A stretch of DNA of 64,000 bases. Origin: Thermoleophilia bacterium (GTDB taxonomy: Bacteria; Actinomycetota; Thermoleophilia; UBA2241). Both the position numbers and the translations under genes were made by a program. Below, one piece after another: positions 13,391-23,100 of the stretch. Numbering within the stretch: position 1 is the stretch's first letter; each line of letters begins with the position of its first letter. The notes under the pieces were generated by a model that saw only the letters and a list, made by a program, of their open reading frames with translations, was not told the origin of the DNA and did no database searches. Location: assembly GCA_040772045.1 (NCBI GenBank), contig JAXGYV010000001.1, positions 69,577 to 133,576 on the forward strand, read 5' to 3'.

Positions 13391-14410
13391 ATGGTGCAGG
13401 ACACGGCAGGTGAGCGGAAGCTCGTGACCGGCGACGTGCTGCGCGACCGTATTCGTGGCAGTCTGCTGGGCACGGCCGTGGGCGACGCGGTGGGCGCGCC
13501 GCTGGAGTTCCTCGACGGACACGCCATCTCCGCGCGTTTCGGCCCGCGGGGCGTGCAAGCCCCCGAGCCGTGGCGAGGATTGCCCGCGGGTAGCGTGACC
13601 GACGACACACAGCTCACGGTCGCCACGGCGCTCGGGTTGGCGGACGCGGAGCGAGACGTTGCCGCGGGGCGGGTGCACGACCCCGTAGGGCGTGTTCTCG
13701 ACCGGTACGAGGAGTGGTACCGTTCGCAGGCCGACTCGGTGCACCGGCGTGCGCCGGGCGCTACGTGTTTGACCGCGTTGCGCGAGGCGGCGGGGGGTTA
13801 CCGAGGAAGGGCGCGGAACGACAGCAAGGGCTGTGGCGGTGTGATGCGTATCGCACCCCTCGGCCTGGTGCCGCAGCGTGGCGATGTCTTTGCGCTCGGT
13901 TGCGAGCTGGCGGGGCTTACGCACGGCCACCCAACCGGTTATCTCGCCGCGGGCTTCCTCGCGGCGCTCGTCGCCCGCGTGGTAGGTGGCCAGCCGATCG
14001 ACGGCGCGCTGGATGCCTGCCAGAGCGAGCTCACGACGTACGCCAGACACCAGGAGACATCGCGTGCGGTGAGTCAGGCGCGGCGGCTCGCCGCCTCCCC
14101 GTGCTCGCTCGCGGAGGGCATCGAGGCACTGGGGGCGGGGTGGGTGGCCGAAGAGACCCTGGCGATCGCCTTGTTCTGCCACCTACGCTATCCGGGCGAC
14201 TGGGCGGCCGCGGTCCTCGGCGCCGCGAATCACGGCGGCGATAGTGATTCGACGGCCGCCGTCGCCGGCGCGCTCGCCGGCGCCGTGCTCGGCATCAGCG
14301 CCCTCCCCGGAGACTGGGTCACCGTCGTGGAAGACCGCGCCGGCCTGCTGGCACTGGCCGATGAGCTGTGGCGCCTCCATGGCGCGTGTGGAGGCAGGCC
14401 GTGCGGGTGA
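13391..14410 (+). CDS. ADP-ribosylglycohydrolase family protein (DraG/ARH-like)
   Basis: GSLLGTAVGDAVGAPLEF N-terminal Mg-binding motif, DDTQLT, C-terminal GGDSDSTAAVAGALAGA motif. Confidence 0.8.
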   Translation: MVQDTAGERKLVTGDVLRDRIRGSLLGTAVGDAVGAPLEFLDGHAISARFGPRGVQAPEPWRGLPAGSVTDDTQLTVATALGLADAERDVAAGRVHDPVGRVLDRYEEWYRSQADSVHRRAPGATCLTALREAAGGYRGRARNDSKGCGGVMRIAPLGLVPQRGDVFALGCELAGLTHGHPTGYLAAGFLAALVARVVGGQPIDGALDACQSELTTYARHQETSRAVSQARRLAASPCSLAEGIEALGAGWVAEETLAIALFCHLRYPGDWAAAVLGAANHGGDSDSTAAVAGALAGAVLGISALPGDWVTVVEDRAGLLALADELWRLHGACGGRPCG

Positions 14411-15054
14411 TCGGCGGCCAGTGGCGGGGCCGGGTACTGCGTGCTCCGCGCGGACGCGCTACGCGGCCCACCGCCGACATGGTCAGGGAGGCTATCTTCG
14501 ACATCCTTGGGGGCCTGCTCATCGCTAGGGGGGGTGAGCAGACCGTGGATCCCTATGCCGCGCTGGAAGTCGTCGACCTCTACGCGGGTAGCGGCGCGCT
14601 CGGCATCGAGGCACTCTCGCGAGGCGCCGCGCGGTGCACCTTCGTGGAACAGCACAAAAGCGCGCTGCGTACTCTGCGGCGCAATCTCGAGTGTCTGGGC
14701 GTGGCGCCCGCTCGCGTACGCGTGGTCGGCCGGCCGGTGGCCGATGCGCTGGCGGCTGACGCTCGAGAAGGGGTGCAGTATACTCTGCTGCTTGCGGACC
14801 CGCCGTACGGCGAGTACCGGCGGGCGGAAGCGGAGCTCGCGGCACTCATCCCAGCGGTGCTCGCGCCGGCGGGGGTCGTTGTTGTGGAAACGGCTCGCGG
14901 GCAAGCCGTGCGGCTTCCTCTGCACAGCGTGCGCGACAAGACCTATGGAGACACACGCGTTACGGTCATGGTGCGGGAAGACGCGATACAGCCCGGTAGT
15001 GCACAAGGCAAAGCGACGAGCACAGGCGGAGATGAACCATGCCCGATAAAGTGA
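14407..15054 (+). CDS. rsmD: 16S rRNA (guanine966-N2)-methyltransferase RsmD
   Basis: GTG overlapping upstream stop; DLYAGSGALGIEALSRGA SAM motif and DPPY catalytic motif. Confidence 0.8.
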   Translation: MIGGQWRGRVLRAPRGRATRPTADMVREAIFDILGGLLIARGGEQTVDPYAALEVVDLYAGSGALGIEALSRGAARCTFVEQHKSALRTLRRNLECLGVAPARVRVVGRPVADALAADAREGVQYTLLLADPPYGEYRRAEAELAALIPAVLAPAGVVVVETARGQAVRLPLHSVRDKTYGDTRVTVMVREDAIQPGSAQGKATSTGGDEPCPIK

Positions 15055-15545
15055 CCGCCATCTGTCCTGGGACCTTCGATCCCGTCACGGTGGGGCACCT
15101 CGACATCATCCGCCGAGGGGCCTGCAAGTTCCAGTCAGTGGTCGTGGGTCTCATCGAGACGCCGCTTCGCAAGCAGGTCCTCTTCACAGCCAAGGAGCGG
15201 CAGGCATTCTTGGAAGAGGCGCTCGAGGACGTCCCGAATGTGAAGGTGGATCCCTTCAACATGCTGGTGGTGGACTTCGCCCGCAAGTGGAACGCTACGG
15301 TGATTCTCAAGGGCTTACGTGCCATCTCGGATTTCGACTACGAGTTCGCGATGGCGCAGCTAAACAGGAAGTTGGCGCCCGAGATCGAAACGGTGTTCAT
15401 GATGGCGTCGCCCGAGCACTCATACCTGAGCTCGAGCGGTGTAAAAGAGATCGTCGCGTTCGGCGGTGCCCTTGTGGATCTTGTGCCGCCGGTGGTGGCG
15501 AAGGAGCTTGCTAGGCGCTTCCCGACCGGGGTGCCGCGACGCTAG
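15039..15545 (+). CDS. coaD: Phosphopantetheine adenylyltransferase
   Basis: CPGTFDPVTVGHLDII (T/HxGH nucleotidyltransferase) N-terminus; 168 aa. Confidence 0.95.
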   Translation: MPDKVTAICPGTFDPVTVGHLDIIRRGACKFQSVVVGLIETPLRKQVLFTAKERQAFLEEALEDVPNVKVDPFNMLVVDFARKWNATVILKGLRAISDFDYEFAMAQLNRKLAPEIETVFMMASPEHSYLSSSGVKEIVAFGGALVDLVPPVVAKELARRFPTGVPRR

Positions 15546-15566
15546 AGACGCTACGGAGGGCCGTAC

Positions 15567-16019
15567 ATGGACGTGCTCGTGCTCATCGATAAGCTAGACG
15601 ACGTCATCCATAACGCACGCACTGTGCCGCTCACGGATAGCGTCATGATCGACCGTGAGGAGATCTACGACCTTCTCGATCAGATGCGGGCGACCATTCC
15701 CGAAGAGATCAAGCAGGCGCGGTGGATCGTCAAAGAGCGGCAAGAGATGCTCGCCGAGGCTAAACAGGAGGCCGAGCGAATCGTGGCCGAGGCCAACGAC
15801 AAGGCGACCCGGCTGGCTTCGAAGGAAGACGTGGTTCGCCTGGCGGAGAAGCAGGCTATGGAGATCACCGACGACGCTCGTGAACGGGAACGCGAGATCA
15901 GGCTGGGCGCCGAGGATTACGCCGACGAGGTGCTGGGCAATCTCGAGGTGAATCTAGAGAAGTTCCTCGCCGCCGTACGTCGCGGACGCGAGCGCCTGCA
16001 AGGTCGCGGCGGCGACTAA
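15567..16019 (+). CDS. Conserved hypothetical coiled-coil protein (charged, ATP-synthase-b-like heptad character)
   Basis: 150-aa ORF with strong periodic E/K/R/A composition, positioned between coaD and the DUF177 gene; no family assigned. Confidence 0.5.
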   Translation: MDVLVLIDKLDDVIHNARTVPLTDSVMIDREEIYDLLDQMRATIPEEIKQARWIVKERQEMLAEAKQEAERIVAEANDKATRLASKEDVVRLAEKQAMEITDDAREREREIRLGAEDYADEVLGNLEVNLEKFLAAVRRGRERLQGRGGD

Positions 16020-16032
16020 CAGGTGGGCGGCC

Positions 16033-16533
16033 GTGGGCGGCGGCCGCGCGGAATGGTTCAGCGTGAAACGGTTTGATGTACGCAGCCTGCGCTTTGACGA
16101 GCGTAACGAGGCATGGCGGCGGTTCCCTGTGGAAGTGGAGCCGTTCGTGCTCGGGGGCGCGCCGTACGATGTGCGGGGCGGGCAGGTCGACCTCAGCCTG
16201 AGCGCCGGGCGGGTTGGCGAGCGGCTGACTCTCACCGTCTCCTTCAGCGCGACGCTCCGCGGTCCGTGCGATCGCTGTCTGGAGACGGCTGAGATACCCG
16301 TGGAGGTACGCGCCGTGGAGGTGGTGCGACGCGGCGAATCCGAGGGCGCGGATCCCGATGAAGCGTACGTTCGCGGGAGTATCCTCGACATCCATGCATG
16401 GGTACGGGATCTGATCGCATCCGCCTTGCCCGAGCGCATGTTGTGCAGTGAAGGATGCCGCGGCCTGTGCCCTATCTGCGGAGCCAATCTCAACACGGAG
16501 CCCGAGCACACCCATGAGGTAACGGGCTCATAG
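16033..16533 (+). CDS. yceD: YceD/DUF177 family protein (large-subunit rRNA accumulation protein)
   Basis: C-terminal CxxC...CPICGANLN zinc-ribbon-like motif and placement immediately upstream of rpmF, as for DUF177. Confidence 0.8.
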   Translation: MGGGRAEWFSVKRFDVRSLRFDERNEAWRRFPVEVEPFVLGGAPYDVRGGQVDLSLSAGRVGERLTLTVSFSATLRGPCDRCLETAEIPVEVRAVEVVRRGESEGADPDEAYVRGSILDIHAWVRDLIASALPERMLCSEGCRGLCPICGANLNTEPEHTHEVTGS

Positions 16534-16627
16534 GATGTACACGTTCGTGGTGGCAGGAGAGAGGAGTCGAGGTGTACTTGGCTGCCTCCGTACGGTACAG
16601 TAAGCCGCCGCAAGAAGGAGATTCGGT

Positions 16628-16819
16628 ATGCCAGTGCCCAAGAGAAAGACCTCGCAATCGCGCCGCGACAAACGGCGTGCTCAGCAGAAACTCACGGTGG
16701 AGACGGCCAGTTTCTGTCCGCAGTGCAAGAGCCCCAAGCTCCCGCATCGCGCGTGCCCCGTCTGCGGTACCTACAAAGGCCGCGAGATCATTCCGATCGA
16801 AGTGGGGCAGAAAAAGTAA
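16628..16819 (+). CDS. rpmF: 50S ribosomal protein L32
   Basis: MPVPKRKTSQSRRDKRR N-terminus, CPxC...CPVCG zinc ribbon; aaggag RBS. Confidence 0.95.
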   Translation: MPVPKRKTSQSRRDKRRAQQKLTVETASFCPQCKSPKLPHRACPVCGTYKGREIIPIEVGQKK

Positions 16820-16853
16820 CTCCGGGTGAAGCACGGCGAGGGCAAGGTGCCGA

Positions 16854-17897
16854 ATGAGGTCTCTCTACATCGCTTCCACTGAGGGAGGCGGCGGCAAGAC
16901 CACCATCGCCGTCGGCCTGTGTTTGGCTCTCCGTGTACGGGGCATCGGCACCGGGTACTTCAAGCCCGTCGGCGTTGCCAAGAATGGCGACCGCGACGCG
17001 GATGTGGCCTTTGCCGCCGAGGTGCTCGGCCTCACGGAGCCGCTCGAGGATCTCTGCCCCGTGACGCTCGACGAGCAAGCGCTCCGCGCCATGGGCGACG
17101 TTCAGGCAGACGCCATGGCGCGTATCGAGGAGTCGTACGGTAACGTCGCCATGGCGCACGAGCTGGTCGTCTGCGACGGGCTCGGCGAGATCTGGCAGGG
17201 CAGGTTTCTGCGCCTGAGCGGCGCGGACATCGTCACGCGCCTGGGGCTAGAGACGCTCCTCGTCTCCAAGTTCACCGGCACCCGACAACTCGACGACGTG
17301 TGCTACACGCACGACGTGCTCAGGAAACGTCTCCTGGGCGTGGTGTTCACGATGATACCCGAGACGCGTCTGGAAGTGGTGGAGCACCACTACGTGCCGT
17401 TTCTCGAGGAGAACGGCATTCGGACGTTTGGTTGCATCCCCTCGGACGCATGTCTTTCGGCGGTGCCCGTGAGCGATATCGCGAGCGCGCTGCGCGGCCG
17501 CTTCCTCAGTGGCGAGGAATGGGCTTCCGCGTCGGCGGAGACGTATCTCATCGGAGCTATGAGCGCCGACCATGCGCTGCGCTACTTCGAGCGCGTGCCG
17601 AAGAAGGTGGTGGTCGTCGGCGGCGATCGTGAGGATCTCATCCGCGCGGCGCTGCAAACGCCGACGACCGCGCTGATCCTCACAGGCAGCTACGTGCCGT
17701 CGGATGCGGTGCTCGCGCAGGCGCGCGCGGCCAAGGTATCGGTGGTGTCCGTTGCGGGCGATACCGTAGCCGCGGCGGAAGGACTCCGTCGCCTCTTCGG
17801 CCGCTTGCGTGTGCACGAGCGGAGTAAGATCGACCGCGTCCTCCAACTCATCGAAGAGCGGATCGATCTCGAGAGGCTGTTGACGGCCCTGCGGTGA
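16854..17897 (+). CDS. Stand-alone phosphotransacetylase N-terminal-domain-like protein (BioD/CbiA-like P-loop fold + DRTGG domain)
   Basis: N-terminus LYIASTEGGGGKTTIAVGL and YFKPVG resemble the non-catalytic N-terminal half of E. coli-type Pta; LILTGSYVP matches DRTGG; no acetyltransferase catalytic domain follows. Confidence 0.65.
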   Translation: MRSLYIASTEGGGGKTTIAVGLCLALRVRGIGTGYFKPVGVAKNGDRDADVAFAAEVLGLTEPLEDLCPVTLDEQALRAMGDVQADAMARIEESYGNVAMAHELVVCDGLGEIWQGRFLRLSGADIVTRLGLETLLVSKFTGTRQLDDVCYTHDVLRKRLLGVVFTMIPETRLEVVEHHYVPFLEENGIRTFGCIPSDACLSAVPVSDIASALRGRFLSGEEWASASAETYLIGAMSADHALRYFERVPKKVVVVGGDREDLIRAALQTPTTALILTGSYVPSDAVLAQARAAKVSVVSVAGDTVAAAEGLRRLFGRLRVHERSKIDRVLQLIEERIDLERLLTALR

Positions 17898-18910
17898 GCG
17901 CGGTCACGACCGAATCGTCCGTGCGGCGGCCCGTCGTGCGGGTCGCCGTGGATGCGCAGGGCGGCGACAACGCGCCCGCCGCGATCGTGCAGGGCGCTCT
18001 ACAGGCCGCGTCCGCGGACCTCGAAGTGCTGCTCGTCGGCCGCGGCGCGGAGATCGAGCCCCTCGTAGGAGGCGCGACTCACGTGCGTCTCGTCGAGGCG
18101 CCCGATGTCATCGGCGGCGGCGAGGAGCCAGCGAACGCCGTGCGCAGCAAACCCGACTCATCGATGGTGGTAGCCACACGGCTGGTCGCCCAGGGCGAAG
18201 CGGATGCCGTCTTCTCGGCCGGGAACACCGGTGCCTTTCTGGCAGCGGGGCTGCTGAGTGTGCGTCGTCTTCCCGGGGTGTTAAGGCCCGCTATCTGCCA
18301 GGTGTTGCCCTCGCTACCTCGCCCGACGCTGCTGCTCGATGTGGGCGCGAACGCCGAGGTAAAGCCCGAGCATCTGCGACAGTTCGCGCATATGGGGAGC
18401 GCGTTCGCCAGCGAGGTCCTCGGCGTGCGCGAACCGGTAGTGGGGTTGCTGTCTATCGGCGAGGAGCCGGGGAAGGGCACGCCTCAGGTTGTCGCAGCAC
18501 ATGCTCTGCTGGCGGCCGACCCCGGGTTGCGGTTCTACGGTAACGTGGAGGGGCGCGACCTACTCTCCTCCGTGGTCGACGTGGTCGTCACCGACGGGTT
18601 CAGCGGCAACGTGGCGCTGAAGACTGCGGAAGGTGCCGCGCATGCGGTTATGGGTCTCGTGAAGCAGGCCGTAGGGACCTCCTGGCGCGCCAAGCTCGGT
18701 GGGCTGCTGCTCAAACCGGACTTGCTCCGCGTGCGTGCTGCCGTAGACCCGGAGGAGTACGGCGCCGCTCACCTCCTGGGTATGCGGCGCCCTGTGCTGG
18801 TCGGTCACGGATCGTCCGGAGCACGCGGGGTGGAGAACGCGGTGCGCTTCGCTGGCCTGGCCGTGCGCAGTGGGTTGGTCGAGGTGATCGCGCGCTGTCT
18901 CGGGTTGTGA
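17894..18910 (+). CDS. plsX: Phosphate:acyl-ACP acyltransferase PlsX
   Basis: VAVDAQGGDNAP, SMVVA, GNTGA motifs; 338 aa. Confidence 0.9.
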   Translation: MSAVTTESSVRRPVVRVAVDAQGGDNAPAAIVQGALQAASADLEVLLVGRGAEIEPLVGGATHVRLVEAPDVIGGGEEPANAVRSKPDSSMVVATRLVAQGEADAVFSAGNTGAFLAAGLLSVRRLPGVLRPAICQVLPSLPRPTLLLDVGANAEVKPEHLRQFAHMGSAFASEVLGVREPVVGLLSIGEEPGKGTPQVVAAHALLAADPGLRFYGNVEGRDLLSSVVDVVVTDGFSGNVALKTAEGAAHAVMGLVKQAVGTSWRAKLGGLLLKPDLLRVRAAVDPEEYGAAHLLGMRRPVLVGHGSSGARGVENAVRFAGLAVRSGLVEVIARCLGL

Positions 18911-19019
18911 CAGCCGGAGGCCTCTCTCAGCTTACCTGAGGGCGGTCGACGTCCTGTCCGGAAACGAGCAGTGACCGTGAGCAAGGTGAAGGCCGCTCTT
19001 TGTCGACGGTGGGCGTTCT

Positions 19020-19030
19020 GGTACAGTACC
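19020..19030. promoter_or_regulatory. Perfect 11-bp palindrome GGTACAGTACC in the plsX-acpP spacer (candidate operator)
   Basis: Seen directly; followed by a ccgacc...ggtcgg hairpin and the ggagg RBS of acpP. Confidence 0.2.
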
Positions 19031-19056
19031 GACCAAATCCCGGTCGGAGGTTCTGC

Positions 19057-19302
19057 ATGTCGCGTGACGAGATCTTGCTGGTCATCAAGGAGTTCCTGCT
19101 CGAGGCACTTCCGCTCACCGAAGAGCGTATTACTCTGGAGGCGCGTTTTCAGGAAGACCTGGAAGCCGACTCGCTGGACTTGGTAGAGCTAATCATGGCT
19201 CTGGAAGAGAAGTTCGATATCAAGATCACCAACGAAGAGGCAGTGCAGATCAAGACGGTCGGCGATGCCGTCGACTTCGTCGAGCAGCGCACCGCCGGCT
19301 GA
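19057..19302 (+). CDS. acpP: Acyl carrier protein
   Basis: 82 aa, DSLDLVEL phosphopantetheine-attachment motif; ggagg RBS 7 nt upstream. Confidence 0.95.
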   Translation: MSRDEILLVIKEFLLEALPLTEERITLEARFQEDLEADSLDLVELIMALEEKFDIKITNEEAVQIKTVGDAVDFVEQRTAG

Positions 19303-19334
19303 GCTCTAGCGGAGCTTGGCTCATGTCGTACAGG

Positions 19335-19357
19335 GGGGACGCTCACGGAGCGTCCCC
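19335..19357 (+). terminator. Hairpin downstream of acpP: perfect 10-bp stem ggggacgctc / gagcgtcccc, loop acg; no U-tract
   Basis: Seen directly, 33 nt after the acpP stop. Confidence 0.5.
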
Positions 19358-19402
19358 GTCTCTCGGGGAGCTTTGGACGCCAGGTCTGGGTGACGGTAAG
19401 CT

Positions 19403-20140
19403 GTGACCTGGCGTCTGCTCACCCTCCTCGATCAACTCGAGCCATCAGTGGTTCGTCAGGTGTTCACGCATTCATCCTGGGTTGGCGATCGCGCGCGTTC
19501 CTACGAGCGCTTGGAGTTCCTGGGCGATAGCGTCCTCAACCTAGCGCTCACCACCGAGCTGTATCGGCGGTATCCGCAGTTCGCCGAGGGCCACCTGGCG
19601 CGCTTGCGCGCATACGTGGTGAGTCGCGAGACGTGCGCCGCGGTGGCTCGCGAGTTGGGGTTAGGAAAGCGCATGGTGCGTACCGCGGGCGACGGGCGCG
19701 AGGCGGCGGAAGTGGAGCAGCTCGCCGCCAACTCCAACGTTTTGGCGGACCTGACGGAGGCGCTGATCGGCGCCATCTATATTACGTATGGGTTTCCAAC
19801 GGTCCGTCCCGCCGTGATCGAGGCGTTCGCGGCGCACATCAGCTTCGCGGAGAAGAGCTACGTCGACTTCAAGACGGAACTGCAGGAGGTGCTCGCCAAA
19901 ACGGCGCGCAGCGTTGTCTACCGCACGGTGGTGGAGAGCGGGCCGGCCCATGACCGGCGCTTCGAGGTGGAGGCCGTGGTCGACGGCGCCGCGGTGGGCC
20001 GCGGCAGCGGGCCGAGCAAGAAGCGCGCGGAGCAGCAGGCGGCGGCCGAGGCGCTGGCCGTCTTAACTGCCGAGGCCGTACCGAAAGAACGCCCGCGTGT
20101 ACGCCTGTTCGGCCGACGACGGAGCAAGGAAGAGGCTTAG
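19403..20140 (+). CDS. rnc: Ribonuclease III
   Basis: ERLEFLGDSVLNL RNase III signature, C-terminal dsRBD; GTG start. Confidence 0.95.
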   Translation: MTWRLLTLLDQLEPSVVRQVFTHSSWVGDRARSYERLEFLGDSVLNLALTTELYRRYPQFAEGHLARLRAYVVSRETCAAVARELGLGKRMVRTAGDGREAAEVEQLAANSNVLADLTEALIGAIYITYGFPTVRPAVIEAFAAHISFAEKSYVDFKTELQEVLAKTARSVVYRTVVESGPAHDRRFEVEAVVDGAAVGRGSGPSKKRAEQQAAAEALAVLTAEAVPKERPRVRLFGRRRSKEEA

Positions 20141-23100
20141 GTGTATCTCCGCGCGATTCGCTTGCGGGGCTTCAAGTCGTTTGCGAAGAAGACCGATCTC
20201 TTGCTCGAGCCGGGTGTCGCGGTGGTCATCGGCCCGAACGGCAGCGGCAAGAGTAACCTCGCCGAGGCCGTCATGTGGGCGCTCGGCGAGCAAAGCCCCA
20301 GCAGTGTCCGCGGTGCCTCCATGCAAGACGTTATCTTCGCCGGTAGCGATGGCCGGCGCGCGGCTGGCGGAGCCGAGGTCGAGTTAACCTTCGATAACAG
20401 CGACGGCGCATTGCCACTGCCGACGCCCGAGATCAGCATTCTGCGGCGTGTGCGGCGAGATGGCCAGTCGGAGTATCGCATCAACCAGGCCGTGTGCCGC
20501 CTGAGTGATGTCGTCGAGCTCATGAGCGCCGTGGGGTTGGGCAAGGAACTGCACTCGATCATCGGCCAGGGGCGGGTGGAATCTTTTCTCTCGAGCAAGC
20601 CGGCGGATCGCAGGGCGATGGTCGAGGAGGCGGCGGGGCTCGGTCGCTACAAGCGCCGGCGGGAACGCGCTGTGCTCAAGCTGCGCGAGACCCAGCGCAA
20701 TCTCGAGCGGGCACGCGATCTGGAGCGCGAGGTGGCGATGCAGATCTCCCCGCTGCGTCGCCAGGCGAGCGCGGCCGAGCAGCTGCGCGCGGCAGAGCGA
20801 GAGCTGGAAGAAGCTCGAGGGCGGCTCCTGGCGGGTGAGCTGGCTACTCTAGATGCTCGCCTGGCCGCGTACCGCGAGCAGATCGCCGGCTGTGCGGCGG
20901 AGGGCGAGCGCCTGGACGCGGAGCTGGTGACGCTCGCCGAGGGCAGGACAGCCCAAGAGGAGGAGCTCGCGCGCGCGTTGCGCGAGCGCGAGCAACGCGC
21001 GATGCGCGCCCTGCGCGCTCGCGCGCTGGTTGGCCGGCTGGAGGGCTGCGAGCGGCTCACGGAGCAGCGCGCGCGCCTCTTCGAGGAGGTGCTACGCTCC
21101 GCGGAGGCAGAGCGCGATCGACTGCTCACCGATCTCGCGGCGCAGTCGGACCAAGAAGACACCTGGCCGCAGGAACGCCTGGCATTGCAGGCGGCTCTCG
21201 AGCGAGCGAGCGCCGAGCATACACGCACGGCCGATCGGGTGGCGGAGGCGCGTCGCGTGTCGGCGGAACGTCGCGCCGAGGTGAGTCGCGCGGAGGCCGA
21301 ACGATACGAGTCGGTGGTGCGGGCGGCGCGCCTTGTGGAACGCCGTTCCGCGCTGCGCGCGGAGCTCGGCACGCTGGAGCGGGAGATGAGGGAGCTCGAG
21401 ACAGAGGCGAGCGCGCTCGAGTCCAGCCTGACGGCTGCCCTCACCGAGCGAACGCGGCTGGACGAGGCGGAGATGACCGCGGTTGGCGAGCTCGAGCGCG
21501 CCATCGCCGCCGAGGAGGAGGCCGCTCGCGGTCTGGCCGCGGCAGAGGCGCGACGGGCGGAGCGCGGCGCCGACGTGGCGGCGGCGAGTGCTGAGGCGGC
21601 GCAGCTCGCGGCAGCCCTCTCGGCGCTGCAAGATGTAGACGAAGAGACGGCGGGCGTGCTCGCACGGTACCCTGGCGTCGCCGGCCTGGCGGACGGGTTG
21701 CACTGCGATGAGGGATACGAGCTGGCGCTGGGTGCGGCGCTCTCGTATCGCGGCAGCGCGGTCGTGGTGCCCGGCGACGTCGATCGCTGGACGCTGCTGG
21801 GTGCCTTGCGCGCGGCGGGCATCCGAGTGGCGCGGCTGGTGCTGCCCAGGGGCGGAGCGGCTGCGGAGGATGTGGCGGCCGCGGGTCTCGAGCCGCTGCT
21901 CGCACGCGTACAGGGCGCCCAGGGCCGCGTACGAGAGCTCCTGACCAGCGCCTACGTGGCCGACGACCTGCGGGCCGTTCCATCCACCTTCGAGGGCATT
22001 GCGGTCACTCGCCGGGGCGAGTACTACCGGCCCGCAAGCGGCGAGCTCGGCGTTGCCGCCGGCCTGCCGGCCGCGGTACTGCTCGAGCGTCGCGGCCGTC
22101 TTGCGGCGGTTGAGCGGCGCCGCACGGAAGCCGAAGGCGCGTTGCAGTGGGCGGAAGAGGACGCACGGACGGCTCGGCAGGTGGCCGAAGGACGTACCGG
22201 CGAGCGCATGCGCCGCGAGCACGAGGTGGAGGGTGCGCGCGCCGCCGCGGCGCGCGCGCGTCGCGAGTCGAATGCGCTCCAGGCGCGCGCGCAGGAGGCC
22301 GCCAGCGCGCGGGCGCGTGCCACACGGAAGAGCGAGGCGCACCTGGCCGAGCTCGCTGGTTTAGACGACGAGGTCGAGGCGCTCGAGCGACGCGCGGCCG
22401 AGGTGCTGGTTGCGGCGCAGCACGCCGCTGGGCCGCTGGCGGAAGCCGAGGCGGCGGTCGTCGCCGCCGAGGAGGAACATGAGCACGCGCTGAGCATGCT
22501 GACCCGCTGCCGCGTGGAGCTCGAACAGCGGGCTGCCGCGGCGGAGCGCGCGGCGGCCGAGCGAGAGGCGCGCCAGGCGAAGGCCAGGGCCGCGCAGGAG
22601 CGGCTTCAGACCCTGCAGAAGCGGCTGGCGAGCGTGCCTCAGGCCGTAACGGCCGCGGCGGCGCTGCGCCAGGCAGTGCACTCTCTCTTGGCGGTGGCGA
22701 GTACGGCCGCCGAACGCCTGGAGCAGGCCGACGATCGTGGGCTGCGCGTGCCGGACCGCGAGGGCCTGCGCCAGATGGCTGTGCGTGAAGCGGAGATACG
22801 CCGCTCGGCCGACGACGCCCGCGAGCGGCGGATCGCCGCTCAGGTGGAGGTGGCCCGCCTGGAGGAGCGGCGCGGCGATGTGGTCGCGGCTTGGGAACGG
22901 GTGGCGGGGCGGCTCGAGGTGGCCCACTTTGCGCCGCCTGCTGACGAAGACGAGGCCGCCGCGTTGGCTCGCGCGGTAGAACGCGCGGAGCGGCGAATCG
23001 AACGCATTGGGCCCGTGAATCCGCTCGCCGAGGCCGAGTGCGCCGAGCTCGGCGAGCGGGCGGCCTTCCTGCGCGAGCAGCGTCGCGACATGGAGCGCTC

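Noticed and set aside
20647-22497. Several long antisense ORFs (up to 416 aa) inside smc
   Set aside because: They are Ala/Arg/Ser/Pro-rich low-complexity translations, typical of open antisense frames in very GC-rich coding DNA. The sense frame encodes an unmistakable SMC protein.
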